A stretch of 55,360 nt of DNA from an uncultured virus (IMG/VR IMGVR_UViG_3300042363_000446) (IMGVR_UViG_3300042363_000446); one strand, 5' to 3'; shown: positions 17,886-28,221, counted from the stretch's first letter. Numbers and translations are program-made. The notes: generated by a model from the sequence alone, not told the origin.

Positions 17886-19667
17886 ATGTCATATAAAAAG
17901 AAATTTTTAAACAAAAGCGGTATATCTAGTCCGATTTCTGGTGTGAATAGCAATCTAGGCGCCTGGAATGGTTCACCTGGACAAAACGGATCATCTACCG
18001 GCGGGTGGAATAATCATGACATGGGCTATAAAAACTACATGTCAAGATTACCTGAAGTATATACTGGACATCCAAATAGAATAGAACGTTACAATCAATA
18101 TGAAATGATGGATGTTGATGCTGAAGTTAACGCATGTTTAGATATCATTTCAGAGTTTTCTACTCAACGTAATGAACACAATAAAACTCCTTTTGATGTA
18201 GAATTTACTGAAGAACCCACACCGCACGAAATAGAAATGATTAAAACTCAGTTACAACAATGGTGTAAACTTAATCAATTTGATACTAGAATATTTAAGA
18301 TTTTTAGAAACACGCTAAAATACGGTGATCAAGTATTTGTAAGAGATCCAGAAAACTTTAAGCTTTATTGGATAGACATGACTAAAGTAGTCAAAGTTAT
18401 TGTAAACGAAAGTGAAGGTAAACAACCAGAACAATATGTAATCAAAGATATTAATATCAATTTACAAAACTTAACCGTAGCCCAAAAGACTAATACAGAC
18501 TTTGCTGCTAATCCTGCTACTGGATCGGGAGGAACAGGTGGCGGTGGTGCTGGAGGAGGATATACGGTTCCTGCAATGCCTTACAATACTACTGGTTCAA
18601 GATTTACTTTAGGACAAAGTGAAAGTGCTATTGATGCTAAACATATTGTACATCTTAGCTTAACTGAGGGATTAGACAGATTTTGGCCTTTTGGTCAATC
18701 AATTTTAGAAAACATTTTTAAAGTCTACAAGCAAAAAGAATTGCTTGAAGATGCGGTTCTTATCTATCGTGTTCAACGCGCTCCTGAACGTAGAATGTTC
18801 AAAATTGACGTTGGTAATATGCCAAGTCATTTGGCTATGGCTTTTGTAGAAAGAATTAAAAATGAAATTCATCAACGAAGAATCCCTTCAGCACACGGTG
18901 GAGGATCAGTAGTAGATGCTACATATAATCCACTAAGTATGAACGAGGATTACTTCTTTCCGGTAACTGCTGATGGTAGAGGTTCTTCAGTTGAAGTATT
19001 ACCTGGTGGACAAAACTTAGGTGAAATTGATGACTTGCGTTATTTTAATAACAGACTTGCTCGTGGTTTAAGAGTACCAAGTTCATATCTACCAACTGGT
19101 CCTGATGATAATACTACTCCATTAAGTGATGGTAGAGTAGGTACTGCAATGATTCAAGAATTTAGATTCAATCAGTACTGTGAAAGATTACAAAATTACA
19201 TGTCAATGAATCTTGATGAAGAATTTAAACTGTTCATGAGATGGAGAGGTTTCAACATTGACTCAGGATTATTCACGTTAAGATTCAATCCACCTCAGAA
19301 CTTTGCTGCTTATCGTCAAAGTGAACTAGACTCAGCTAGAGTTAGTACATTTACTACAATGGAAGCAGTGCCTTATATATCTAAGCGTTTTGCATTAGAA
19401 AGATTCTTGGGCTTGAGTGAAGAAGAAATTGCTAAAAACGAAAAGCTTTGGGAAGAAGAAAATCAAGAAGAAGTATATAGCGATCCTGCAGGTAGTGACT
19501 TACGTAACGTGGGTGTTTCAACCGGAGACTTTCAAACTGATCAAACTACTGCCGATTCAATAGAAGCAGGTGAAGAAGCAGGCGCCGAATTGGGACCTGA
19601 GGTAGCTGGTCCGGTAGGTGGAGGAGAAGCTGGTGGAATACTACCAACAACTCCTCCGGCGGGCTAA
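17886..19667 (+). CDS. gp20: Portal vertex protein
   Basis: LEDAVLIYRVQRAPERRMFKIDVGNMP, EDYFFP, LPGGQNLGEIDDLRYF; late promoter CTAAATA at ~17856. Confidence 0.95.
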   Translation: MSYKKKFLNKSGISSPISGVNSNLGAWNGSPGQNGSSTGGWNNHDMGYKNYMSRLPEVYTGHPNRIERYNQYEMMDVDAEVNACLDIISEFSTQRNEHNKTPFDVEFTEEPTPHEIEMIKTQLQQWCKLNQFDTRIFKIFRNTLKYGDQVFVRDPENFKLYWIDMTKVVKVIVNESEGKQPEQYVIKDININLQNLTVAQKTNTDFAANPATGSGGTGGGGAGGGYTVPAMPYNTTGSRFTLGQSESAIDAKHIVHLSLTEGLDRFWPFGQSILENIFKVYKQKELLEDAVLIYRVQRAPERRMFKIDVGNMPSHLAMAFVERIKNEIHQRRIPSAHGGGSVVDATYNPLSMNEDYFFPVTADGRGSSVEVLPGGQNLGEIDDLRYFNNRLARGLRVPSSYLPTGPDDNTTPLSDGRVGTAMIQEFRFNQYCERLQNYMSMNLDEEFKLFMRWRGFNIDSGLFTLRFNPPQNFAAYRQSELDSARVSTFTTMEAVPYISKRFALERFLGLSEEEIAKNEKLWEEENQEEVYSDPAGSDLRNVGVSTGDFQTDQTTADSIEAGEEAGAELGPEVAGPVGGGEAGGILPTTPPAG

Positions 19668-19696
19668 AAGATAAATAGCATATAAAGGAAATTCTA

Positions 19697-19924
19697 ATGA
19701 AGTTACTAGAAATGTTTGATACGCCCGTTGCGGGAATGCAAGATGTTGATCAAGACAACTCTAAACCTACCTGGAAAGCTTCTAGAAAAACTAAATTAAC
19801 ACTTAAACAAATCAGAAAATTACGTAAAATGCTTGACGTTAGACAGTATGAACGCCAACAACATTTGAAAAAAGTAAGAAAGCAGTATGGAGCAAAAGCA
19901 GAAGATGGTGTTCCAAGTATCTAA
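19697..19924 (+). CDS. Small basic hypothetical protein of the head module
   Basis: Late promoter GATAAATA at 19670 and SD AAGGA; lies between portal and core genes. Confidence 0.7.
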   Translation: MKLLEMFDTPVAGMQDVDQDNSKPTWKASRKTKLTLKQIRKLRKMLDVRQYERQQHLKKVRKQYGAKAEDGVPSI

Positions 19925-20046
19925 TAAGATTGTGAATTTTTCATAAATCTTGTCAAAAATGTAAAAAATACACACTTAATGACTAGTTTTTTATACTATA
20001 GTCTAAATAACTATAAGACAAAGCCATTCTATTCAGGAGACTAATA

Positions 20047-20802
20047 ATGGATAACAAAAAATTTGAAAAGTTGATTGATCTTATCATCAACGAAAATACA
20101 GAACAAGCTAGTGATTTATTTCATGATATCGTAGTAGAAAAATCCCGCGAAATTTATGAATCTATCATGGAAGAAGAAATGATGGATGACGACATGTATG
20201 ACGAAGGCATGGGCGGTGAAGTAGGTGATCTTTTAGACGAAATTCAATCTGAAGAACATGGTATGATGGAAGATGAAGAAGATGTAGAAGCAATGGACGA
20301 TGAAATGGACATGGCTGACGCTGATGACTCTTTTGACTTAAACGATGAGGATTTCGGTGACGAAGAATCAGGTGAAGAAGTAGAAGATGCTGTAATCAGA
20401 ATTGAAGACAAACTAGACCAGCTAATGGCAGAATTTGAATCAATCATGGGCGGCGACGCTGACATGGATGATGCTGAAGAAGTAGAAGTAGATGCTGAAG
20501 AAGATTCTGAAGAAGTTATGGAAGCAGTACAACTTCAAAAAGTATCTGTAACTCACGGTGACAATGGTGTACAAACTAAGTCAACTGTAGCTGCAAACTC
20601 AGGTCAGCGCGGAATGGCAAGTAAGCCAGTAGCAGCAAGTACTACTACTGAAACAGGTCGTACAGCACCAACTACTAAAGATTTAAAAGGCGCAGGAAGT
20701 TTTAAAAATGCTCCTGGACAGAAAAAGCAAGATTTGAGTGCTGCTCCTAAGCCAGTAACTAAAGACGGTTCATCAAACGACCGTAGTCCAGTTGCTAAGT
20801 AA
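20047..20802 (+). CDS. Acidic prohead core protein-like
   Basis: Very D/E-rich; position equivalent to T4 gp67/68; SD CAGGAG and late promoter at ~20003. Confidence 0.6.
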   Translation: MDNKKFEKLIDLIINENTEQASDLFHDIVVEKSREIYESIMEEEMMDDDMYDEGMGGEVGDLLDEIQSEEHGMMEDEEDVEAMDDEMDMADADDSFDLNDEDFGDEESGEEVEDAVIRIEDKLDQLMAEFESIMGGDADMDDAEEVEVDAEEDSEEVMEAVQLQKVSVTHGDNGVQTKSTVAANSGQRGMASKPVAASTTTETGRTAPTTKDLKGAGSFKNAPGQKKQDLSAAPKPVTKDGSSNDRSPVAK

Positions 20803-20883
20803 AAAATCTGAGACAAATGGCTTTGTTACTCAGTAACAGCAAAAAAGGGGATCGTAAGGTCCCCTTAAACTGAGAAGTATAAT

Positions 20884-21537
20884 ATGCATAATAAATCAGT
20901 ACTACAAGAATATTTAAACCCTTCACTAGCTAAAACTAATGTTATGCTAGAAGAAGGTACAGATGCATTTGGAAACAAAGCTAAAAATATGTACATGGAA
21001 GGTATATTCATCCAAGGCGATGTAAGAAACGCAAATGGAAGAGTATATCCAAAGAATGAAATATACAAAGCAGTACAAACTATACAAGAACAACTTAAAA
21101 GCGGTATTTCTATTTGCGGAGAAGTTGATCATCCAGATGATTTAAAAATCAACTTAGATCGTGTTAGTCATTGTATTACTAGTATGAATGTAGATGGTTC
21201 TAACGGTACTGGTAAATTAAAGATTCTTCCTACTCCAATGGGTCAGCTTATTAAAACTATGCTAGAAGCAGGAGTAAAGTTAGGTGTATCATCAAGAGGT
21301 TCAGGCAACGTTAACGATATGAATGGTCATGTTAGTGACTTTGAAATCATTACTGTAGATATCGTAGCACAACCTTCAGCACCTGATGCTTATCCAAAAG
21401 CTATTTACGAATCATTAATGAATTATAAGAACGGTAGTTACATCAAAGAAGGTTTACAAGAGTCGTTAGAAGTAAAGAAGTTTCGTGCTTCTTTGCAAAA
21501 AGATATTACAAAGTTTATTAAAAACTTAAAATTATAA
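20884..21537 (+). CDS. gp21: Prohead core protease
   Basis: GIFIQGDVRNANGRVYP, GEVDHP, GVSSRGSG, DIVAQPSAPDAY. Confidence 0.93.
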   Translation: MHNKSVLQEYLNPSLAKTNVMLEEGTDAFGNKAKNMYMEGIFIQGDVRNANGRVYPKNEIYKAVQTIQEQLKSGISICGEVDHPDDLKINLDRVSHCITSMNVDGSNGTGKLKILPTPMGQLIKTMLEAGVKLGVSSRGSGNVNDMNGHVSDFEIITVDIVAQPSAPDAYPKAIYESLMNYKNGSYIKEGLQESLEVKKFRASLQKDITKFIKNLKL

Positions 21538-21620
21538 AGAATTTATCAAAGTAGGAATTCCTACTTTGTGTTAACTCAAGCACTAGAGTATAAACAGGCA
21601 ATAAGAGAAGGGGAATAGAT

Positions 21621-22724
21621 ATGCTAGACGCTATCAAACCATTGTTAGAAAGCGGATTAATTAACGAAGATATTGGGCAGCAGATTAATGAAGCCTGGGA
21701 AGCTAAGTTACATGAAGCCAAAGAACAAGTACGCGCAGAACTTAGAGATGAGTTTGCAAACAAGTATGAACACGATAGAAGTGTTATGGTTGAAGCCCTT
21801 GATAAAATGGTAACTGAAAGTCTTTCTGAAGAAATTAAAGAATTCTATCAAGAAAGACAAGCAATGAACGAAGACCGCGTTAAAGCCAGACAGCAACTAA
21901 GCGAATCTGCACAAAAATTCAATAACTTTATGGTTCAAAAATTGGCTGAAGAGTTAAAAGAATTAAGAACAGATCGTAAAGTGCAAATGGAAAATCAACA
22001 AAAGATTGAAAAGTTTATTGTACATGCTCTTGCTAAAGAAATTAAAGAGTTTGCACAAGACAAGCAATCAGTTGTTGAAGCTAAGGTTAAGTTGGTTGCA
22101 GAAGGTCGTGCTCAATTAGAAAAACTTAAAGCTAAGTTTGTTGCTGAAAGTGCTAAGAAAATTAACGCGATTGTTACTACACACATCAAAGGTGAAATGT
22201 CACAACTTAAAGAAGACATTAAACTTGCCAAAGAAAATAACTTTGGTAGAAAAATTTATGAAGCATTTGCTGGCGAGTTCTCTGTAACTTATCTTAACGA
22301 TAAAGTAGAAACTAAAAAGCTTATGAATTCATTGATTGAAAAGGATACAAAATTAGCCGAGTCTTTTGAAAAACTTCAACAAGCACAAAAACTAATTGAA
22401 ACAAGGGATCGTGAAGTTCGCATTATCAAAGAATCTACTCAACGTTCTAAAGTACTAGATGATTTAGTATCTACTTTAAACGAAGAAAAGGCTCAAGTAA
22501 TGAAATCTTTACTAGAAAGCGTACAAACATCAAAATTGAAAGTCGCTTTCGACAAATATTTACCCGCAGTACTGAACACAGGTAATCAGTCAAGAACAGG
22601 GAAATCTGTAATTACTGAAAGTCTAGTAGAAGTAACAGGTAATAAATCTGCCAAAAACAATAAAGAAGTTGATATGTCTGATAAAGACAATGTTATTGAC
22701 ATCAAGCGTTTGGCAGGGCTTTAA
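21621..22724 (+). CDS. gp22: Prohead scaffolding protein
   Basis: Coiled-coil E/K-rich protein between gp21 and gp23. Confidence 0.8.
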   Translation: MLDAIKPLLESGLINEDIGQQINEAWEAKLHEAKEQVRAELRDEFANKYEHDRSVMVEALDKMVTESLSEEIKEFYQERQAMNEDRVKARQQLSESAQKFNNFMVQKLAEELKELRTDRKVQMENQQKIEKFIVHALAKEIKEFAQDKQSVVEAKVKLVAEGRAQLEKLKAKFVAESAKKINAIVTTHIKGEMSQLKEDIKLAKENNFGRKIYEAFAGEFSVTYLNDKVETKKLMNSLIEKDTKLAESFEKLQQAQKLIETRDREVRIIKESTQRSKVLDDLVSTLNEEKAQVMKSLLESVQTSKLKVAFDKYLPAVLNTGNQSRTGKSVITESLVEVTGNKSAKNNKEVDMSDKDNVIDIKRLAGL

Positions 22725-22751
22725 TAGACATAGATCAGGAGAAAATATCAC

Positions 22752-23948
22752 ATGTCAAAAATACTCTTAGAAAGCCGTTGGGACGAGACCAAAGAGGCCC
22801 TGTTAGAAGGCTTGAAAGGCACTCGCAAATCAACAATGGGTGTTATCTTAGAAAACACCAAGAAGCAACTACTTGCTGAATCTTCAGCTGGTACAACAAC
22901 TGCAGGCAACATTGCTACTCTTAACCGCGTAATTCTACCGGTTATCCGTCGTGTAATGCCAACTGTTATTGCTAACGAACTAGTTGGTGTACAACCAATG
23001 ACTGGTCCCGTTGGTCAGATCCACACGTTACGTGTACGTTACGCTCAGTCATTGACTGATACTTCAGCAGCATCAACTTCTGTTACTGCTGGTGAAGAAG
23101 CACTAAGCCCGTTCAAAATTGCACAGGCTTATTCTCGTGTAACTAATGCTGCAACTACTACTGATCAGTACACTGGTGCTAACACTGCTACTTTAGAAGG
23201 TAACGGCGGTAAGCAAATTTCCGTGCAAATCTTAAGACAAGCTGTTGAAGCTAAGTCACGTAAGTTGCAAGCACGTTGGACTTTTGAAGCTGCTCAGGAC
23301 GCACAGTCACAGCATGGTATTGATGTAGAAGCAGAGATCATGGCTGCTCTTGCACAAGAAATCACCGCTGAAATAGATCAGGAAATTCTATTGTCATTGC
23401 GTACTCTTGCTTCAACTGAGTTCACTTACAACCAAGCTACTGTATCAGGTACTGCTACTTACGTTGGTGACGAACACGCTGCTTTAGCTGTGTTGATCAA
23501 CCGCGTTGCAAACTTGATTGCACAGCGTACCCGTCGTGGTGCTGGTAACTGGGCTGTTGTATCTTCAGCAGCATTGACTGTTCTACAGTCTGCAACTACT
23601 TCAGCATTCGCACGTACTACTGAAGGAACTTTTGAAGCTCCAACTAACACTAAGTTTGTTGGTACTTTAAACGGTGCAATGCGCGTATTCGTTGACTCTT
23701 ATGCTCCAGACACTACTCCGGTATTGGTTGGATATAAAGGTTCAAGCGAAACTGACGCAGCAGCATTCTACTGCCCATACATTCCATTGATGAGCAGCGG
23801 TGTTGTACTTGATCCAAGTACTTTCGAACCAGTAGTTAGCTTTATGACCAGATATGGTTATATTGAATTGACGAACACTGCATCCTCGTTTGGTAATGCG
23901 GCGGATTACGTTGGGGAAATTGCGGTCCAGAACTTAACATTCCAATAA
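22752..23948 (+). CDS. gp23: Major capsid protein
   Basis: VGVQPMTGPVGQI, AKSRKLQARWTFEAAQD, FYCPYIPL, FMTRYG; strong codon bias. Confidence 0.96.
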   Translation: MSKILLESRWDETKEALLEGLKGTRKSTMGVILENTKKQLLAESSAGTTTAGNIATLNRVILPVIRRVMPTVIANELVGVQPMTGPVGQIHTLRVRYAQSLTDTSAASTSVTAGEEALSPFKIAQAYSRVTNAATTTDQYTGANTATLEGNGGKQISVQILRQAVEAKSRKLQARWTFEAAQDAQSQHGIDVEAEIMAALAQEITAEIDQEILLSLRTLASTEFTYNQATVSGTATYVGDEHAALAVLINRVANLIAQRTRRGAGNWAVVSSAALTVLQSATTSAFARTTEGTFEAPTNTKFVGTLNGAMRVFVDSYAPDTTPVLVGYKGSSETDAAAFYCPYIPLMSSGVVLDPSTFEPVVSFMTRYGYIELTNTASSFGNAADYVGEIAVQNLTFQ

Positions 23949-23989
23949 AATCTCACTTTTCAGTGATTTTTTGAATGTAATTCAAAAAC

Positions 23990-24025
23990 AGAAAGGGCGC
24001 TTAGGCGCCCTTTCTTATTGCTTTT
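23990..24025 (+). terminator. Intrinsic terminator after gp23
   Basis: AGAAAGGGCGC-TTAG-GCGCCCTTTCT followed by a T-rich tract. Confidence 0.85.
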
Positions 24026-24065
24026 TATCTAGGTATGATAAATAATATCACTGAAAGGTGAAATT

Positions 24066-24836
24066 ATGTTCAACAACACAAAATATACAAAGCTTTACTA
24101 TCAAATCATAACACCAACTCTGAACAGAGAGTTGAATACATATAAAGAACTACATCATATTATTCCACGATCATTGGGTGGAACCGATGACAAAGATAAT
24201 CTTACATATCTAACCGCTAGAGAACATTTTATCTGTCATTGGCTTTTGGTAAAGATGACTGAAGGACAAGCTAGAAGTAAAATGATCTATGCGCTACAAG
24301 GTATGAGAGCACAAAATGATAGTCAGCAGCGTTACGAAACAAAGATAACCTCTAGAGTATATGAACACTATAGAATAGAACACGCTAGAATACATTCTGA
24401 AACAATGAAAGGAAAACCTGCTTGGAACAAAGGCAGAAAACTAGAAGGCGATGAACTAGAAAGACAAAGAGAAAGAACTAGAAATAGAAAGATAGACCCT
24501 GTCAAACAAGCAGAAGGTCAGCTAAAGAGAATTGCGAAAGTTACTGGAAGAAAAGATTCTGAAGAGACTAGGTTAAAGAAAAGTACCGCACATAAAGGTA
24601 AATCAAACGGTCCTATGAGCGAAGAAGAGAAGTTAAAACGATCAGTTGCTAATAAAGGAAAATCTAAACCGGAAGGATTTGGTGATAAAGTTGCTGAAAG
24701 AATGAGAGAAGAGTTTTCTTACAATAATCCTAATAGAAGAGCCGACCTTAAGAAAGTTTGTGAGCATTGTGGAATTAAAACTGGACCTAGTAATTATACA
24801 CGCTGGCACGGAAACAACTGTAAAGAAAAAACCTAG
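24066..24836 (+). mobile_element. Free-standing HNH homing endonuclease with NUMOD3-like DNA-binding repeats
   Basis: ELHHIIPRSLGGTDDKDNLTYLTAREHFICHWLL; DSEETRLKKS/MSEEEKLKRS repeats; C-terminal CEHC...RWHGNNC; own late promoter at ~24037. Confidence 0.88.
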
Positions 24837-24863
24837 CTAAATAATAGAGAAGAGGTACTCGTT

Positions 24864-25157
24864 ATGATAGCTAAAGACAGTCAAGTAGTTGAAGTATTAG
24901 AAGATGGCACTTTTTATGCATTTGACTTAGAAGTGTGTGATCGTGAAGCAGAAAAAGCATTAAAAAACTTACTGAAAAAAGAAGGCAAACTGTTTAACTA
25001 TGATTATGGTATGACAGTGTTTACTCTATTTGTGTATTGTGTTCATATCTTGCGTGAAGCGGGTTGGGAAACAGAAGAACTAGTTAACGAAGTATTAGAT
25101 CATACTGCAATATATGACGGTACTGATGATGACGATGACGAAGATAACGAAGAATGA
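24864..25157 (+). CDS. Hypothetical acidic protein
   Basis: ORF with SD GAGG and late promoter CTAAATA at ~24837. Confidence 0.65.
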   Translation: MIAKDSQVVEVLEDGTFYAFDLEVCDREAEKALKNLLKKEGKLFNYDYGMTVFTLFVYCVHILREAGWETEELVNEVLDHTAIYDGTDDDDDEDNEE

Positions 25158-25849
25158 AATTATTATTAGGTCCTGAAAATTTACAAACTGAACTTGACTT
25201 CACTCTTTTTAAAAAGAAGGGTCCATTTTATATAGTTAATAATACAATATCTGCTCATGTAAAAAGAATTGGTGTTTACGTATCAGGTGGATTAGATTCT
25301 ACTGCTCTTTTGTGTTTGATATTAAGTGAGTTGAAAAGTATTGACAAGTTACATGAAATAGAAGTAGTTTGTTTTACTATAGAAAAAAGCGATGGTCCAA
25401 CTTATTATGCAACACAAGTTATTGAACAAGTAGAAAAGCATTTTAATGTTAAGCTAACACATATTAACAACATAAAAAATGATCCTATTCCAGACTTAAC
25501 TGGAAATATTGGACCAACGCCTATAAAAGAAATTAGAGATTACGATCCCAACAATATGATTATATTCATGGGTATTAATCGTATGGCTCCTCCTGAATTA
25601 AAAACTTATACTTATCCATTGAAAATAGATTATGGATATCAAACTCAAGGGTATCATTATAATTCACCATTTTTGTTCTTACATAAACCACAAATACTAG
25701 ATATCTATTATAAGTTAGGTTGTGAAAATATTATACCCTATACGCATACCTGTACTCAACTTGAAGTGGGCCAATGCGGTATTTGTTACTCTTGTGAAGA
25801 AAGAGCTTGGGGTTTTGAAATGCTCGGTAAACAATATGTTATATCCTAA
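25154..25849 (+). CDS. QueC-like PP-loop ATPase
   Basis: VSGGLDST PP-loop and C-terminal TC-x7-CGICYSCEER zinc motif. Confidence 0.65.
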   Translation: MKLLLGPENLQTELDFTLFKKKGPFYIVNNTISAHVKRIGVYVSGGLDSTALLCLILSELKSIDKLHEIEVVCFTIEKSDGPTYYATQVIEQVEKHFNVKLTHINNIKNDPIPDLTGNIGPTPIKEIRDYDPNNMIIFMGINRMAPPELKTYTYPLKIDYGYQTQGYHYNSPFLFLHKPQILDIYYKLGCENIIPYTHTCTQLEVGQCGICYSCEERAWGFEMLGKQYVIS

Positions 25850-26207
25850 AGCTATCACTGTCTACTGTAACATTTAATATAGATTTTTTATCTGATTTTG
25901 ATTGTTTTCTATGTAATCTGCTGCAATTAGCGCATAGTGTTAATAAATTGGTTGTATCTTTGTTATTTTTATCTGCGTCTTTGTAAACCAAATCAAGTTG
26001 ACATTTATCTTTTGCTACGAATCCGCAATGCTCACAAATTAGTTTTTTATCTAATATATGTTTGTATTTGTCGTTATAAATTGCTTTAGCACAATCACTA
26101 CAAAATTTGTGCCATAGTTGAAATCCATACTTACTTTTGCCATTTTTTTTAGCTAAAGATAGCTTACAATGTTTGCATCTGGGGCGGGGTTTTTGTTTTG
26201 TTAACAT
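25839..26207 (-). CDS. Cys-rich zinc-binding protein with degenerate HNH fold
   Basis: Four CxxC pairs; QLDLVYKD...NLLTLCANC aligns to HNH without the catalytic His; minus-strand late promoter at ~26213. Confidence 0.6.
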   Translation of the reverse strand: MLTKQKPRPRCKHCKLSLAKKNGKSKYGFQLWHKFCSDCAKAIYNDKYKHILDKKLICEHCGFVAKDKCQLDLVYKDADKNNKDTTNLLTLCANCSRLHRKQSKSDKKSILNVTVDSDSFRI

Positions 26208-26305
26208 CTTTTATTTATCAATAAAAAAGATATTTAGGGTGCTTAATTAGAGCACTCAGAATAAAAGTTTTAGATAAATACTATATCAGATAATGGAATA
26301 TTTTC

Positions 26306-28192
26306 ATGGCATCAGAACTTTTTAATTCAATAAGCGGATATTCAACAGGAATACCGCCTAAACAGGTTATAGATTCTACTGGCAACGTAGTAACTAACGT
26401 AAATGCCCCTACTTCAAACGTTACTGCAAACACAGTTTATGCTAATACGTACAGATATGCTAATGGTGTTTTATTTTCTTCCAATGCCGGCGGAAATAAT
26501 ACTCAGTTACAGTTCAATAATAACGGAGCTTTTGGTGGAATACCCAATGTTACTTGGAATGGTAATATTTTATCTTTGGGTAATGTTAATACTGTTTCTA
26601 TTACTGGCGGAGAAAACGGATACTTTTTACAAACAGACGGTAGCGGTGGATTAACTTGGTCTCCTGCACAAGGTGGTAATGGAGGCAACGGCAACCCAGG
26701 TGGTGCTAACTCACAAGTCCAGTTTAATGATGCTGGTGTTTTCGGTGGTGATTCAGGTTTTACTTATAATAAAGTTACTAATACTCTTACTGTAGACACT
26801 GTATCATCAGCAAATGCAAACATAACTAATGTTTCTGCTGAAACCGTTACTGCTAACTTCTTTATAGGCGACGGATCGCAGTTAACAGGTATATTACCTA
26901 ACAATGCTAACTTTGTTATACAGCCAACGCAATCTAATATAACACAAGTGGGGACATTAACTCAGTTAACTGTGTCGGGCAATGCAGGTTTTCAATCTAA
27001 TGTAAATTTAGGGTCAGTATCAAATATACAAATAAGTGGTGGAATTCCCGGGTATGTTTTAACTACTGACGGTACCGGAAATGTTTCTTGGCAAATTCCC
27101 GGAGCTGGTGCCGGCGCCCCCGGTGGATCCAATACAAGTATTCAGTTCAACAATAATGGAAATTTTTCAGGCACTACTGCGTTTACATTTAACAATGTGT
27201 CAAATGCAGTTAACTTAACTGGAAACTTGGCTATACAAAATTTAACTGCAAACAATGCAACCAATTATGGTAATATCATTGCAACAGGAAATATAACTGC
27301 TAATGGATTATTTTTTGGAGATGGTAGTTACCTAACAAACGTACAAGCTAATGTAGCAAACACCGTAGCAGTTTCAGCACAGCCTAATATTACCTCAGTT
27401 GGAACATTAGTAAATTTATCAGTAACAGGAAACATAGCAACATCACAAACAGTAAGTGCAAGCGGGTTTCAAACTTCAGGTAATGCTAATGTCGGTATTT
27501 TGCGTGTATCAAATACTGCTACTATAACAGGAAATTTAACTGCTAACGGAAATGTGAATTTTTCTAATTCTGCAAACATTAATTTGGGATCAGTAGCTAA
27601 TATACGAATTTCCGGGGGACTAAACGGATACGTACTATCAACAGACGGATTGGGTATTTTATCATGGGTGCCCCAAGGCGGCGGTGGAAACACATCATCT
27701 CCCGGTGGCGCTAATACAAATATTCAGTATAATAAAAATAACGAGTTTGCGGGTAATGCATTCTTTACTTACAATGATACAACTAACACAGTGCAAATAG
27801 GCGGTCTGATGATTGCTAACACTTTCCAAGTTGGTTCAGGTGCTTACAAGTTCGGTACTTCATCAGTATATTTTGCAGTAACAGCATCACCGATTAAACA
27901 AGTGTTGTATTCTATTCCGGTGTCAGAAGTTTCTGGTGTAGATTTTGAAATTATAGGAACAGACTCAGTAGGACAAAAAAGACAAGCAGTAAAGATTTCG
28001 TCTGTTTATTATGCAGGCATTGTTCAATATAACGAATATGCCGGACTATATGTTAACGGAGGAGTCGGGACTTTTATTGTTGAATATAATCCAGGAGATG
28101 TAATAAATCCGCCATCTTTAGATTTAAGTGTAACGCCTGATACTTCAAACAATACGGTATATAAAATGTTAATCACGATATTAGCACCGTGA
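26306..28192 (+). CDS. Fibre-like virion structural protein 1
   Basis: N/G/T-rich; repeated GGxNTxIQFNN and GYVLxTDGxGxLSW fibre modules; late promoter at 26273. Confidence 0.7.
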   Translation: MASELFNSISGYSTGIPPKQVIDSTGNVVTNVNAPTSNVTANTVYANTYRYANGVLFSSNAGGNNTQLQFNNNGAFGGIPNVTWNGNILSLGNVNTVSITGGENGYFLQTDGSGGLTWSPAQGGNGGNGNPGGANSQVQFNDAGVFGGDSGFTYNKVTNTLTVDTVSSANANITNVSAETVTANFFIGDGSQLTGILPNNANFVIQPTQSNITQVGTLTQLTVSGNAGFQSNVNLGSVSNIQISGGIPGYVLTTDGTGNVSWQIPGAGAGAPGGSNTSIQFNNNGNFSGTTAFTFNNVSNAVNLTGNLAIQNLTANNATNYGNIIATGNITANGLFFGDGSYLTNVQANVANTVAVSAQPNITSVGTLVNLSVTGNIATSQTVSASGFQTSGNANVGILRVSNTATITGNLTANGNVNFSNSANINLGSVANIRISGGLNGYVLSTDGLGILSWVPQGGGGNTSSPGGANTNIQYNKNNEFAGNAFFTYNDTTNTVQIGGLMIANTFQVGSGAYKFGTSSVYFAVTASPIKQVLYSIPVSEVSGVDFEIIGTDSVGQKRQAVKISSVYYAGIVQYNEYAGLYVNGGVGTFIVEYNPGDVINPPSLDLSVTPDTSNNTVYKMLITILAP

Positions 28193-28221
28193 TATTATAA
28201 GGAATAAAATAGGAAAATACT

